From: a virus
DNA length: 64,000 bases
Reading direction: 5' to 3' (one strand)
Virus record (IMG/VR): IMGVR_UViG_3300009506_000019
Coordinates: 102,062 to 166,061 of that record
Part shown: in pieces, positions 29,540 through 38,284 of the stretch
Position numbering within the stretch: position 1 is the first letter of the stretch
Layout: every line of letters starts with the position of its first letter
Notes under the pieces: generated by a model
What the model saw: only the letters and a program-made list of their open reading frames with translations
What the model was told of the DNA's origin: nothing
Databases searched by the model: none
Translations under genes and position numbers: made by a program

Positions 29540-32421
29540 ACCTCAGTTATCCTTGAAATAGAATGAGTGTTGTTTCTGAAGATAATGATGAGGCGATATT
29601 CATCATTGTTGAATGCTGTCGAATCTGTGCCGAAACTCCAGCCAACCGTAGATCCAGTGGAAGTGCTATCGTTTCTCGCTCCCTTTGAGTTTGCTCTGCT
29701 GTCACCAAACCCGGTTCCGTTATCATCACCAATAGAACGCCCAAGGTCAAAGAACTTGCCTTCTACAGCAAGCTCGAGCAGAACATTCAAATCGCCTGTC
29801 CCATAGGGATCGATATCCGTATACGAGATTCCAGCTAAGGTCAACAGACCTACGGACGCTCCAACTTTGTCAATGAATCTTTGATATTCTTGGTCACCCG
29901 TAAATCCAGGATAGTCTGTCGAATCTGGGTACTGCAGTATTCCATTATGCCTTTGCTGGGCGTTTCCGTTGACAAGCGAGATAGCTGAATCAAAAGGCGT
30001 TGCCGTTCCTGAAGTAGTTCCTGAATCGAGGACAATACGTCTAGCTTCGTCGAGCAACTGGTCATCTTTACCTGTAGATACTGTACCATAAGTATTGATT
30101 GGAGCACCAAGAGCCGAAGCCGTTGATGTCGAAGACGTGTCAGGTTTTTGTAATGTGACTCCTAACGTTGGTGCCAAAGAATATTGGTTAGAAACATCCA
30201 ACGTGATGGTTCTGGACACCACAAATTGATCGGTTACGGCCGGAACAGTTGCTGGATTGTCGTACGATGTCGTATGTCCAGGAACAATCACCCTGCCGAC
30301 TTGGGTTGGATGATATGCCTTTTCGAAAATACCAGCAGCTGCGGTATATGCAATATCAATGGTGGTTCCAATTCCCCACGCTTCAATACCAGACAGCCAT
30401 TTTGATACCTTGGCGTTTACCACACCAGTTGGTGCTGAAGCAAATGATGGAGCTGGATGTGTGTCATCATAAAACAGCTCTGTCTCTGCTGACACACCAG
30501 ACTCTGAATGCTGCATCGCGATGTGACTTCTACCTTCAGCAGTAAGAGCAATACTGAATTGAGCGTTGGCTCTTTGAAATACCGCGTTGTGAGCTACCAG
30601 AGCTGTAATTGAGATTCTGCCAATTGTGCCAACACCATTCACACCGATGTCGTAAGACTCAGCTACAATACCGCCTTCTATCAAGCTGAGAATCCCAGCC
30701 GATGCTTGACCACCAACCACCGTGCCAGCTACAAATCTATCTGCTGGATCTGGAGAGGTCAGTGTGTAAGTTGGATCAATGATGTAGTTCAATATTGTTG
30801 TACCAGGAACCAGGGTACTCCACGCAGCCGATAACCCAGACGGGATTTTTGCGCTGTATTGAGTTGTTCCTGCCAAGACCAATAATTGACTGGACAATAG
30901 GCCAGGCGGTTGTGGAGGAGTGAAATGCTCAAACCAAGTCAGGAAAGATCGTAGCCAATAGCTGCCTTCCAGCTCAGCAAATGCAATTGTCCCGTCATCT
31001 TCTGATGCAGCGAGAAGAGTGGCTTCATCGGGAAAGATTTTTACACCACCACCACCAGTACCACCACCACCTGAATCAACAGCAACGCTACCGGTGTCCA
31101 AGAAGATATTGTCATCTATTGAACTAAATACATTACCACCAGCATCGTTGTATGTGCTATTGAGATATCCTTCAACAATATGGTCTGGAAGTGGGACGAT
31201 CAGCCCAGCAATAGTCTGACCAATCCACCCATGAGAACTTACCAAGGCGACAAGCGATGCCACACAATCATCAGCATCACATTCCCACAAGTTCACCTGT
31301 GACGCATGCCTGCCAAGAATACAGTAGCCATACCTATAATCTTGCGTTCCTATGAAAGTACCAGCAACACCACATTGGCGAAGCTTTACATCAAGTAATG
31401 AATATATCGAGAAAAATTCTACTTCTTGTCGCTCAACGCCGACGATGTAGCTACCAAAACCAATGTCACACAGAGATGAATAAAGATTCACCTCATCCAA
31501 TTGATTCATGAAGTGATAGACAGCATTGATCTGACTATTTCTTCCTTTGATTGGGCCTTTGCAATTCGTCAGCCCAACTTTTTTCGATTCAGTAATGACC
31601 AGATCAGTGAGATCACATCGATCCACTAATACTAAACCATCACAATGATTTACTTCTAGGTCCACGCTTGACACGCGGCTCATAATTTCGTATTCATCAC
31701 CGGGCTCTGGGACATTAAAGAAGAAGTCCAATTCAAGTGTGTCGCCAGTATTTCCCTTAATGAGTACGATCTCGCCCTCTGCTGGACCGTTCAACATGCG
31801 AAGAGCTTTGCCCAAGTGCTCGTCTGGAACAAAACTCTTGGATGTGTCTTGCAAAGAATTGAAAGTAGCTGCTGTTACAGCACCCTCATCATCGCCTTCT
31901 GTGGAGCCTATGATTCTAACCACACCATTTCGTGTGGCATCAAATAAGAACGAATATGCTTCGCTCAAAGGATCTACAATTGGAAACACATCGTTATTTG
32001 CAGTGGTGATTCCCTTGATCACACCAGAATAATTGCCTGGACCAAGGAAGATGTATACGACGAAATCGTTGATGTTTTTCGGTAGTTTGTCGAAAGCTGC
32101 CTGAAGCGTCTTGAATGGTGCGTTTCCTGTTGTCCCGAGATTTCTGTCTGTTCCTTGAATTTCATCAACAAAATACAGAATGTCATCAACAGCAGTTGGA
32201 AAACCAATAGCGCCTTGCTCTACATCGTCACGAATATCGGGATCTTGCAAAACATTATAGTCAATATGACGTTTGGAACAAAACGCTTCCAACTCCGTTA
32301 CGATTTTCTTTGTTACCAAGTCAACAGGAACACGAATAAATCTGCCCCTTCCAGCTCGCACAGAGCCAATTGTGGTTGACACTGGAAAATCGGTCCTATT
32401 TATGATCTCAATAACTGGCAT
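29536..32421 (-). CDS. Large fibre/spike protein with beta-helix (pectin lyase-like) start
   Basis: YFVDEIQGTDRNLGTTGNAPFKTLQAAFDKLP...IFLGPGNY motif typical of beta-helix N-caps; 961 aa. Confidence 0.65.
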   Translation of the reverse strand: MPVIEIINRTDFPVSTTIGSVRAGRGRFIRVPVDLVTKKIVTELEAFCSKRHIDYNVLQDPDIRDDVEQGAIGFPTAVDDILYFVDEIQGTDRNLGTTGNAPFKTLQAAFDKLPKNINDFVVYIFLGPGNYSGVIKGITTANNDVFPIVDPLSEAYSFLFDATRNGVVRIIGSTEGDDEGAVTAATFNSLQDTSKSFVPDEHLGKALRMLNGPAEGEIVLIKGNTGDTLELDFFFNVPEPGDEYEIMSRVSSVDLEVNHCDGLVLVDRCDLTDLVITESKKVGLTNCKGPIKGRNSQINAVYHFMNQLDEVNLYSSLCDIGFGSYIVGVERQEVEFFSIYSLLDVKLRQCGVAGTFIGTQDYRYGYCILGRHASQVNLWECDADDCVASLVALVSSHGWIGQTIAGLIVPLPDHIVEGYLNSTYNDAGGNVFSSIDDNIFLDTGSVAVDSGGGGTGGGGVKIFPDEATLLAASEDDGTIAFAELEGSYWLRSFLTWFEHFTPPQPPGLLSSQLLVLAGTTQYSAKIPSGLSAAWSTLVPGTTILNYIIDPTYTLTSPDPADRFVAGTVVGGQASAGILSLIEGGIVAESYDIGVNGVGTIGRISITALVAHNAVFQRANAQFSIALTAEGRSHIAMQHSESGVSAETELFYDDTHPAPSFASAPTGVVNAKVSKWLSGIEAWGIGTTIDIAYTAAAGIFEKAYHPTQVGRVIVPGHTTSYDNPATVPAVTDQFVVSRTITLDVSNQYSLAPTLGVTLQKPDTSSTSTASALGAPINTYGTVSTGKDDQLLDEARRIVLDSGTTSGTATPFDSAISLVNGNAQQRHNGILQYPDSTDYPGFTGDQEYQRFIDKVGASVGLLTLAGISYTDIDPYGTGDLNVLLELAVEGKFFDLGRSIGDDNGTGFGDSRANSKGARNDSTSTGSTVGWSFGTDSTAFNNDEYRLIIIFRNNTHSISRITEV

Positions 32422-32423
32422 CT

Positions 32424-34358
32424 TTACGCCTTGAAGAATACGTTACGGAACAATGACCCAGACGGAGCAGCGTCAATAAGTGCTGCCAGCCTGAAGTTCG
32501 GCCCTGCTTCGATGTGTAAACTACCAGAACTAACAAAGTTGAGTTTCAACATCGGGATCATCTTATCCAAACGTTGACTCAACCAATTCAAGTATTGTGC
32601 GAGTTGTGGCTGATGTTGAATAACAAAAGCATTGCCCTGGTCGCTCCAATTTGGAACATCAGTGTCCACCGCAAATAGCTCTTGACTCATAACACCCGCC
32701 ATGAGCGAAGCTTCTATAAGGGTGAACTCATAGGCACTAAATGGATAATTATCTAATGTGAATACGCCGGATGGTTGATACGCATTGATGATGTGAAGCC
32801 CATGTTCAAGATAGGTAGCCAATTGTCCATTGGTATACCCAAGAAAACATGGACTCTCCGGATCGTCTTTCACCAGTTTGAGAGCTTTGTCAATCTGAAG
32901 CCGCAGCTTCTGTAACAAAGCACAGATGCGATGCGTTATGACTTTGATGTTTTGACAAACAATCAACTCATCAGACGCATCAATGCCGCCACTAAGATTA
33001 GTAGCAGCAATGGGATCAACCACACCAAGTCCAGTATCTCCTGTCGGGATTTCTGCCGTGATGATTTCCGAGACATCCTCTTCATCCGTCGCAGCATCAA
33101 CGATATCTTGCGCCGTAGTAATAATCGTTGCGGCAGCATTGGTCCTCAAAGAGACAACGATTGCAGCGCCATCTCTTGTGATAGACAAAGGAGAATTTGG
33201 TGTGCCTGGATCAACGTATTCTACGGTTATGAAATCGCCTGGAGTTCCTTCAACCACAGCAGTCCACAAGACACTGCTGTTTGGATTCACTCCAGGACCT
33301 ATGGTAAGAGATGATTTCACACCAGCAACAGCGCTTGCACGCCATGTGAGGAGGTAATCAGCTCTTGTCTTGGTTTTGTTTTTCTTGGTTGCGTCTGTGC
33401 TGAGGTTATCCAATCCAAGAGGGAATTCAAATCGTCCAGCAGATGGGTTAATAATACGCGGCGGATTTGGATCTCTATCAACGATTGGCAGATAGGTGTC
33501 TGCCAAAAGCAATGAGCCGTTGAGGCAAGTTAATTCCATTGAAACTTTGGATGGATTTACTGCTTGTCCATTCTCATCTTTGAAGGTAATTCCAACCTTC
33601 TCTATGGAATTCAGCAGCACCAACTCTGCATCGGTTGGAGCGACATCGCTGTACAACATCTCGGACACACTGGCCGAGGCATTGTCACATGAAATTGATG
33701 ATTCACCAAGAGCTGATTGATCATAAACCTGCGTATCTTGGATGTGGTACTCTTCTGGATTTCCTGTTTGATTGGTAAAATACCACTTATCCAAGATGGT
33801 ACGCGGTGTAGAGATTGCGCTGGCTTGAACTCGATATTTACCTACACCAATTCTTGTGATTGATGTAATACTCTCAATGAGAGTTGAACCATTGTCCTCG
33901 AGGATATCAACTTGACGAACTTCTGCTGGATCAAACAAATCCCCTGTCTGATCGTCACGGAACTCAATGGTAAGCAGAATAGGACGAAGAATGACAGCAC
34001 TGTGGCGTGGAAGCGCATCAGAGCTTTCAGTTGCGGTGGATGCAGTTGGAGAAGGAGATACATTCGTGACTTCGGTAGATGTCTTAATAGCACCGCCGTC
34101 TTGAAGACGATATAGCCATCTATCCTGAATCATGCCGGATTCGGCAATGACTTGTGTGGTGACTTGATACTGACCTAGACCAATTCTGACGATAGACGTG
34201 CTTTGAATGGTCTCAATGATGGTTTGCCCATCAGCATACAGAATATCCACCTGTTCGAACGAATACGGATCAAACAGCTGGCCTGTATTGTCCTCTCGGA
34301 ATGTGATGGTAAGCTCTAATTGCTCACCAGCAACAGCGTTTGCTCTTGTAACCGCCAT
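32424..34358 (-). CDS. Head-tail adaptor/neck protein with N-terminal Ig-like repeats
   Basis: Two repeated 'TI-x-FR-x-D-x-TG-x-LFDP' domains; C-terminal LRLQID...YTNGQLATYL...WSDQG adaptor-like region. Confidence 0.65.
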   Translation of the reverse strand: MAVTRANAVAGEQLELTITFREDNTGQLFDPYSFEQVDILYADGQTIIETIQSTSIVRIGLGQYQVTTQVIAESGMIQDRWLYRLQDGGAIKTSTEVTNVSPSPTASTATESSDALPRHSAVILRPILLTIEFRDDQTGDLFDPAEVRQVDILEDNGSTLIESITSITRIGVGKYRVQASAISTPRTILDKWYFTNQTGNPEEYHIQDTQVYDQSALGESSISCDNASASVSEMLYSDVAPTDAELVLLNSIEKVGITFKDENGQAVNPSKVSMELTCLNGSLLLADTYLPIVDRDPNPPRIINPSAGRFEFPLGLDNLSTDATKKNKTKTRADYLLTWRASAVAGVKSSLTIGPGVNPNSSVLWTAVVEGTPGDFITVEYVDPGTPNSPLSITRDGAAIVVSLRTNAAATIITTAQDIVDAATDEEDVSEIITAEIPTGDTGLGVVDPIAATNLSGGIDASDELIVCQNIKVITHRICALLQKLRLQIDKALKLVKDDPESPCFLGYTNGQLATYLEHGLHIINAYQPSGVFTLDNYPFSAYEFTLIEASLMAGVMSQELFAVDTDVPNWSDQGNAFVIQHQPQLAQYLNWLSQRLDKMIPMLKLNFVSSGSLHIEAGPNFRLAALIDAAPSGSLFRNVFFKA

Positions 34359-34774
34359 TACGAACCCTGCGTGTTAAAATCGCGAAGCTCTTTGGCAAAT
34401 TCTCTCACATCCCAGAGTGATCCACCGATTGGTGGTGCCCCAGCATTTGCAAACCGAAGTTGATATTTATCTCTCACAGGCTGTGGGGAAGCTGTTGGTT
34501 CTGGTCCCGGATCAACCAACGAATAACCATAAAGACCAGGAGCGGCAACTGCGCCAATTTCAGACATCGCGAGTGGTGTGGGAACTCCCAAGGTATCAAT
34601 AAAGGCAGCCCCATCGAAAAAGTAACCATCAGACACACGACGTATTTCTACAGTCGGAGACTGAGCGGTCACAGGAGCCCCTGTAGTCTCATTGATGATA
34701 GACAGCAGAATCTCAACAGTTGATTCGTATAGGTGCTTCTTTGTGTCAGCCACTACTTGGAGCATCTTGTTCAC
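34358..34774 (-). CDS. Small Ig-like virion protein
   Basis: TTGAPV...DGYFFDGAAF...PGLYGY; paralogue of 26881..27273. Confidence 0.5.
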   Translation of the reverse strand: MNKMLQVVADTKKHLYESTVEILLSIINETTGAPVTAQSPTVEIRRVSDGYFFDGAAFIDTLGVPTPLAMSEIGAVAAPGLYGYSLVDPGPEPTASPQPVRDKYQLRFANAGAPPIGGSLWDVREFAKELRDFNTQGS

Positions 34775-35111
34775 CTGCCATCTCTGGAGCGCCTAAAATA
34801 GACACGCTTCCAGTCTCAGCGTCAATATCCACCTGCTCTATGGTAACGCCGCATTGTCTCAACTTCGCGTCGAATCTTCCCTTCCAGATCTTCAGGTGAC
34901 CTTCTTGTTTCAACATCTCTCCCTTAGCCACCTTAATCTCGTTCTCGAAATTCTTGATCTTCTCTCCCTCCAGTGCCAACCGAAGCATGATGTTCTGCAA
35001 CTCTATGCGCTCTTGCTGATCGAGTTGCGGAATTTTCACCAGCTTTTTCTCCGGTTTCACTGGTTTTTTGCGGTTTCCCCTTCTTGCTTTCTTCTTGATA
35101 GCTGAGGCCAT
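34746..35111 (-). CDS. Basic coiled-coil hypothetical protein
   Basis: 121 aa, GGAG RBS, ends VDIDAETGSV. Confidence 0.5.
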   Translation of the reverse strand: MASAIKKKARRGNRKKPVKPEKKLVKIPQLDQQERIELQNIMLRLALEGEKIKNFENEIKVAKGEMLKQEGHLKIWKGRFDAKLRQCGVTIEQVDIDAETGSVSILGAPEMAGEQDAPSSG

Positions 35112-35467
35112 AGCAAAGCTCCTGTGGCTAGCCCTCCTGGTATTGTTACATACCAGGGTAAATACAACACTTCCGTTGAAATAGTCACATTCAGGACTAT
35201 TGTTAGCACCCCTATACCAACCAAGACAAGATGCCTATACGGTACCCATTCTATCCACCGATTGGTACTCTTCCAAAAATGTATCCACCAGTGTCCGAGA
35301 ATGGTAGCTCCAACATATGGAGCAAACCACAATCCATCCAGGGATTCCCAATCACGCATGGCCGCACTGATGCTGTATCCCAAAAGTTCAATCACAACAT
35401 CAAACAAAACAATAGCCACAATGATCGCAATAATGGACCATTTGACTATCTTAATCAGCTTGTCCAT
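35057..35467 (-). CDS. Membrane protein with ~4 TM helices (holin candidate)
   Basis: Four hydrophobic segments and a basic C-terminus; likely start MDKLIK at 35467. Confidence 0.5.
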   Translation of the reverse strand: MDKLIKIVKWSIIAIIVAIVLFDVVIELLGYSISAAMRDWESLDGLWFAPYVGATILGHWWIHFWKSTNRWIEWVPYRHLVLVGIGVLTIVLNVTISTEVLYLPWYVTIPGGLATGALLWPQLSRRKQEGETAKNQ

Positions 35468-35612
35468 TTTTGCCCTCATTTATCTTTTCAATGGTAAGAT
35501 CTATGAGTTCTGACAGGTGTTTCTTGTCAGCATCAGAAATGTCTGGGTTGCTTCTGATATTTATGCCGATTCTTTCGACTAGCTTTTTTGCGTCTTCTAA
35601 TGAATTTGCCAT
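35451..35612 (-). CDS. Small 53 aa hypothetical protein (below the track cutoff)
   Basis: MANSLEDAKKLVERIGINIRSNPDISDADKKHLSELIDLTIEKINEGKNGQAD fills the gap and overlaps the next gene. Confidence 0.55.
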   Translation of the reverse strand: MANSLEDAKKLVERIGINIRSNPDISDADKKHLSELIDLTIEKINEGKNGQAD

Positions 35613-35613
35613 C

Positions 35614-36087
35614 TTACTTCTCCAGAGCTTGTGTTGCTAAATAAGTAGTGCCGAATACTACAGCCCCACCCACCATTAAACCATAAATGAAAGTCGCTTT
35701 GGGACTCTCATACCATGACAGCTCTGGCGGATTGAGATCCGGAAGATGCTTCATCGCTGTGTCAAACATGCTCCTATTGAGATTGGAAAGATCGAGATAT
35801 GATTGATTCGAAAGTTTATATGCATCAACCGCAGACTGCAGAGCTTTAATCTGCACGTCCTGATTGTCGATAATATCGAGAGATAACTTCAACTTGGTAG
35901 ACACCAAGTCAAGCAGAAGCTCGGCGTCTTCTTTTGGAAACCAAACGCCTTCCTGACCTTGATGTTTGAGTGGAACGGACTGAATGCCCTGAAGTTGCTT
36001 GCGGATTTCTTCTCGATTCAGCTTCTGTCCAAGGGCAGGAACACTAAATGTCGAGATGATTAAAACGATCAGAAATTTCATCGGCAT
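35614..36087 (-). CDS. Signal-peptide, coiled-coil, C-terminal TM protein (spanin-like position)
   Basis: MKFLIVLIISTFSVPALG/Q signal; C-terminal FIYGLMVGGAVVFGTTYL. Confidence 0.5.
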   Translation of the reverse strand: MPMKFLIVLIISTFSVPALGQKLNREEIRKQLQGIQSVPLKHQGQEGVWFPKEDAELLLDLVSTKLKLSLDIIDNQDVQIKALQSAVDAYKLSNQSYLDLSNLNRSMFDTAMKHLPDLNPPELSWYESPKATFIYGLMVGGAVVFGTTYLATQALEK

Positions 36088-36382
36088 CCATCCCTTGGCT
36101 CTCGTATTTCTTTTGGAGATCGCCCTTTTGCTTCGAGATCGCCTCGCCAGTTTCCTTGGCAATCTTCTCAGCCTCCTCGGCCTTTATCTTACCGGCCTCA
36201 GCTTGAGCCTTGGCAGTGGCTGCCTTATCCTGCAAATCCTTGACTTTGTTCTGTACGAGTCTCTCCAAAAGTAGGGCCGTCACCCTTTTACGAAGCTTTT
36301 CGTTGGCTCCGACCAGCACCAATAGGACAATGAGCCCTACTGCTATCAAGCCGAAGACTACCCATCTGACGTACTTCTTCAC
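36044..36382 (-). CDS. N-terminal TM plus coiled-coil protein (i-spanin-like)
   Basis: GTG start at 36382 overlapping the upstream stop; VRWVVFGLIAVGLIVLLVLVG TM, then Ala/Lys/Glu coil. Confidence 0.5.
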   Translation of the reverse strand: MKKYVRWVVFGLIAVGLIVLLVLVGANEKLRKRVTALLLERLVQNKVKDLQDKAATAKAQAEAGKIKAEEAEKIAKETGEAISKQKGDLQKKYESQGMDADEISDRFNHLDI

Positions 36383-36747
36383 TGACCCTCTTCTTCTTTT
36401 TGACCCCTGCCGTAGTAGGCACCTGCAGCCATATTCACACCCTGAAGACCCAATAGGCCCCACAGAGTATAAAGCATGGAATTTGGAATTGGGTCTGTGA
36501 CCGTAGCCGTTTCTGCCACTGCCTCAGGCTTGACTACCCACAGAATGATCATCACCACGAATAGTACCACACCCATGATGATTGATACCAACTTCTGTAG
36601 CTTCGTCAGCGATACGGCGAGATGCTTTTCGCCTTCAGCGTTGGTCTTGGTCGTCATGATCAAAGCGCCAAGCCACTTCCAAGCCTGGTGTTTGGTGGCA
36701 TCAGCAACTGCTGTCAACTTGCTTTCGGTCTTCTCTTCTGGCATCAC
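36379..36747 (-). CDS. Two-TM membrane protein (holin-like)
   Basis: 122 aa, two hydrophobic helices, charged C-terminus. Confidence 0.5.
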   Translation of the reverse strand: MMPEEKTESKLTAVADATKHQAWKWLGALIMTTKTNAEGEKHLAVSLTKLQKLVSIIMGVVLFVVMIILWVVKPEAVAETATVTDPIPNSMLYTLWGLLGLQGVNMAAGAYYGRGQKEEEGQ

Positions 36748-37136
36748 GCACCTCCTGGATCGGCTGCAGCCATCTGATACACCGTGACATTCACCGGGTT
36801 TGCGCCATTATTGGTGATCAAGACATCTGATTTTGCAGCAAATGGCTCAAATACTGCCCCTTTTTCTTTGTGCATGCCACGAGTCGGTGGCCTAAACTCT
36901 TCTTGAGGAACTTGAAACACCTTGGTCATACCAGGAGCAGCAATGGCAGCAGCGCCACCATCATTTACTCCGGCAAAACGTGGCTGAGCGCTGACATTGA
37001 TGGTGCCAGCGCCCGCCACGTGTGCCCAGACTTGGTAGTGCCGGTATGGTGTACCGGACTCGAGCGTGGCCGTGGCTGATTCTCCATTGGCAAGTCGAAA
37101 CGTCTTGATGTTGCATAGATACTCAGTCAGGGCCAT
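36744..37136 (-). CDS. Small beta-rich virion protein
   Basis: 130 aa, GAGGTG RBS. Confidence 0.5.
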   Translation of the reverse strand: MALTEYLCNIKTFRLANGESATATLESGTPYRHYQVWAHVAGAGTINVSAQPRFAGVNDGGAAAIAAPGMTKVFQVPQEEFRPPTRGMHKEKGAVFEPFAAKSDVLITNNGANPVNVTVYQMAAADPGGA

Positions 37137-37144
37137 AGCTCACC

Positions 37145-38086
37145 TCATCCTGCTGCTTCAGCAGCTTGTTCTTCGGCCTCTTCCTGCTCTTGGACGAGGC
37201 GTCCCATTTCCATCTTTGCCCACTTCTTCACGGTCTTGTAGTACCCGTGGGCTCGGATGTGCTCGTAGTCATCAATCTTGAGATTCGGAATTTCCTGCAG
37301 AGCTTCGAGAAGATCAGTCGCAGGCATGCGCTGGTTCTCTTCCAACTCCGCCTTCACCTGATTGCAGAGATGGAGTACACGAGGACTGATGACCTCATCC
37401 TCTGACACCAACTCGCTCGGAGCAACGCGCTGACGCTCGCCAAAGCGAGCGGCACCACCAGGGCCTGTTCCCTTTTCGATGACCTCGTGAATGGGCGCTG
37501 GTTTTTCATCGGTGACGTTTTCTCTCAACGTCTTGTCCGATGTGCGACGACGCTTTTCTTCAGCCATGTCGATCGCAGCGTCCACATCAGGATCTCCGTC
37601 TGCCGTCACCATGCCACGAGCCTTTGCTCGTTTGGCGTAGTACGCCTCATACTCCTCTTGAGAGAGAAGGTTGAGAACCGGAGGTCTGCGACTCAGCAAC
37701 TTCCGAAAGTCCATCGAATTCTTGATTGCGATGAACGGAATGTGCTGTGTCAGGTTGATGGGATCCCTGATGGATGGAATGGTGAACCCCTCGACGCGAC
37801 CCTCGCCCATGTTGAACTCGAGCGAAAGTTGAGCATTCGAGATGTTCTGCACGTAAACGTCCCGCTCCTCTCTGAAATACTCTGTGAAGTTTCTGACTGC
37901 CATGTTCTTTCTCCTGATCGAGGCTGCGGACTTTGGATGGAGAAGCTGGATGGCAAACGGGTCTTTGGAGAAGACTCGGGCTTTGCCTTCCTTGATATAC
38001 TTCCGCGCCAGTGCTGGCCTGGCATACTCCAAGAATCGCTTCTCGGAGTCTAACACCATTACTTCTGCGGAAGGCCGCTTCGCCAT
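37145..38086 (-). CDS. PLMP/RRXRR-like N-terminal domain fused to a phage head-region protein; internal in-frame start at 37903
   Basis: VMVLDSEKRFLEYARPALARKYIKEGKARVFSKDPFAIQL matches the IscB N-terminal pattern; AGGAG-N7-ATG at 37903. Confidence 0.75.
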   Translation of the reverse strand: MAKRPSAEVMVLDSEKRFLEYARPALARKYIKEGKARVFSKDPFAIQLLHPKSAASIRRKNMAVRNFTEYFREERDVYVQNISNAQLSLEFNMGEGRVEGFTIPSIRDPINLTQHIPFIAIKNSMDFRKLLSRRPPVLNLLSQEEYEAYYAKRAKARGMVTADGDPDVDAAIDMAEEKRRRTSDKTLRENVTDEKPAPIHEVIEKGTGPGGAARFGERQRVAPSELVSEDEVISPRVLHLCNQVKAELEENQRMPATDLLEALQEIPNLKIDDYEHIRAHGYYKTVKKWAKMEMGRLVQEQEEAEEQAAEAAG

Positions 38087-38282
38087 ACACAGGCCGTTCC
38101 TCTTTGTTTGTGTCGCCGAAGCAACACGGGTCTTTCACCCACCTTGTCCTGCTCGCCCGGCTTATTCCGGACGAGGAGACAGTTTGTACCACCCCGAAGG
38201 GCAGCCTCTCTGCCGAAGCAGAGGTAAAACCCGGCAGAGCAGCGGTGGAACCACTCTGCCGGGTGTGAACTACCTCAGGCCG
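38087..38282 (-). ncRNA. Structured intergenic RNA element (six hairpins, three UUCG loops) between MCP and the PLMP-domain gene
   Basis: Stems at 38110-38127, 38128-38140, 38145-38181, 38188-38205, 38208-38223 and 38221-38276; G-U pairs and C(UUCG)G loops favour the minus strand. Confidence 0.65.
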
Positions 38283-38284
38283 TA

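Noticed and set aside
37647-38192. 181 aa alternative-frame minus-strand ORF
   Set aside because: Overlaps the better-supported gene, starts inside a hairpin, atypical composition
37145-38282. Intact IscB/IsrB OMEGA nuclease or IS200/605 element
   Set aside because: No RuvC-I (GIDPG-like), HNH or TnpA motifs and no canonical HEARO motifs; only the PLMP-like domain is present
38087-38282. tRNA or hammerhead ribozyme in the structured gap
   Set aside because: No cloverleaf with T-loop/CCA; no CUGANGA...GAAA core in a valid arrangement
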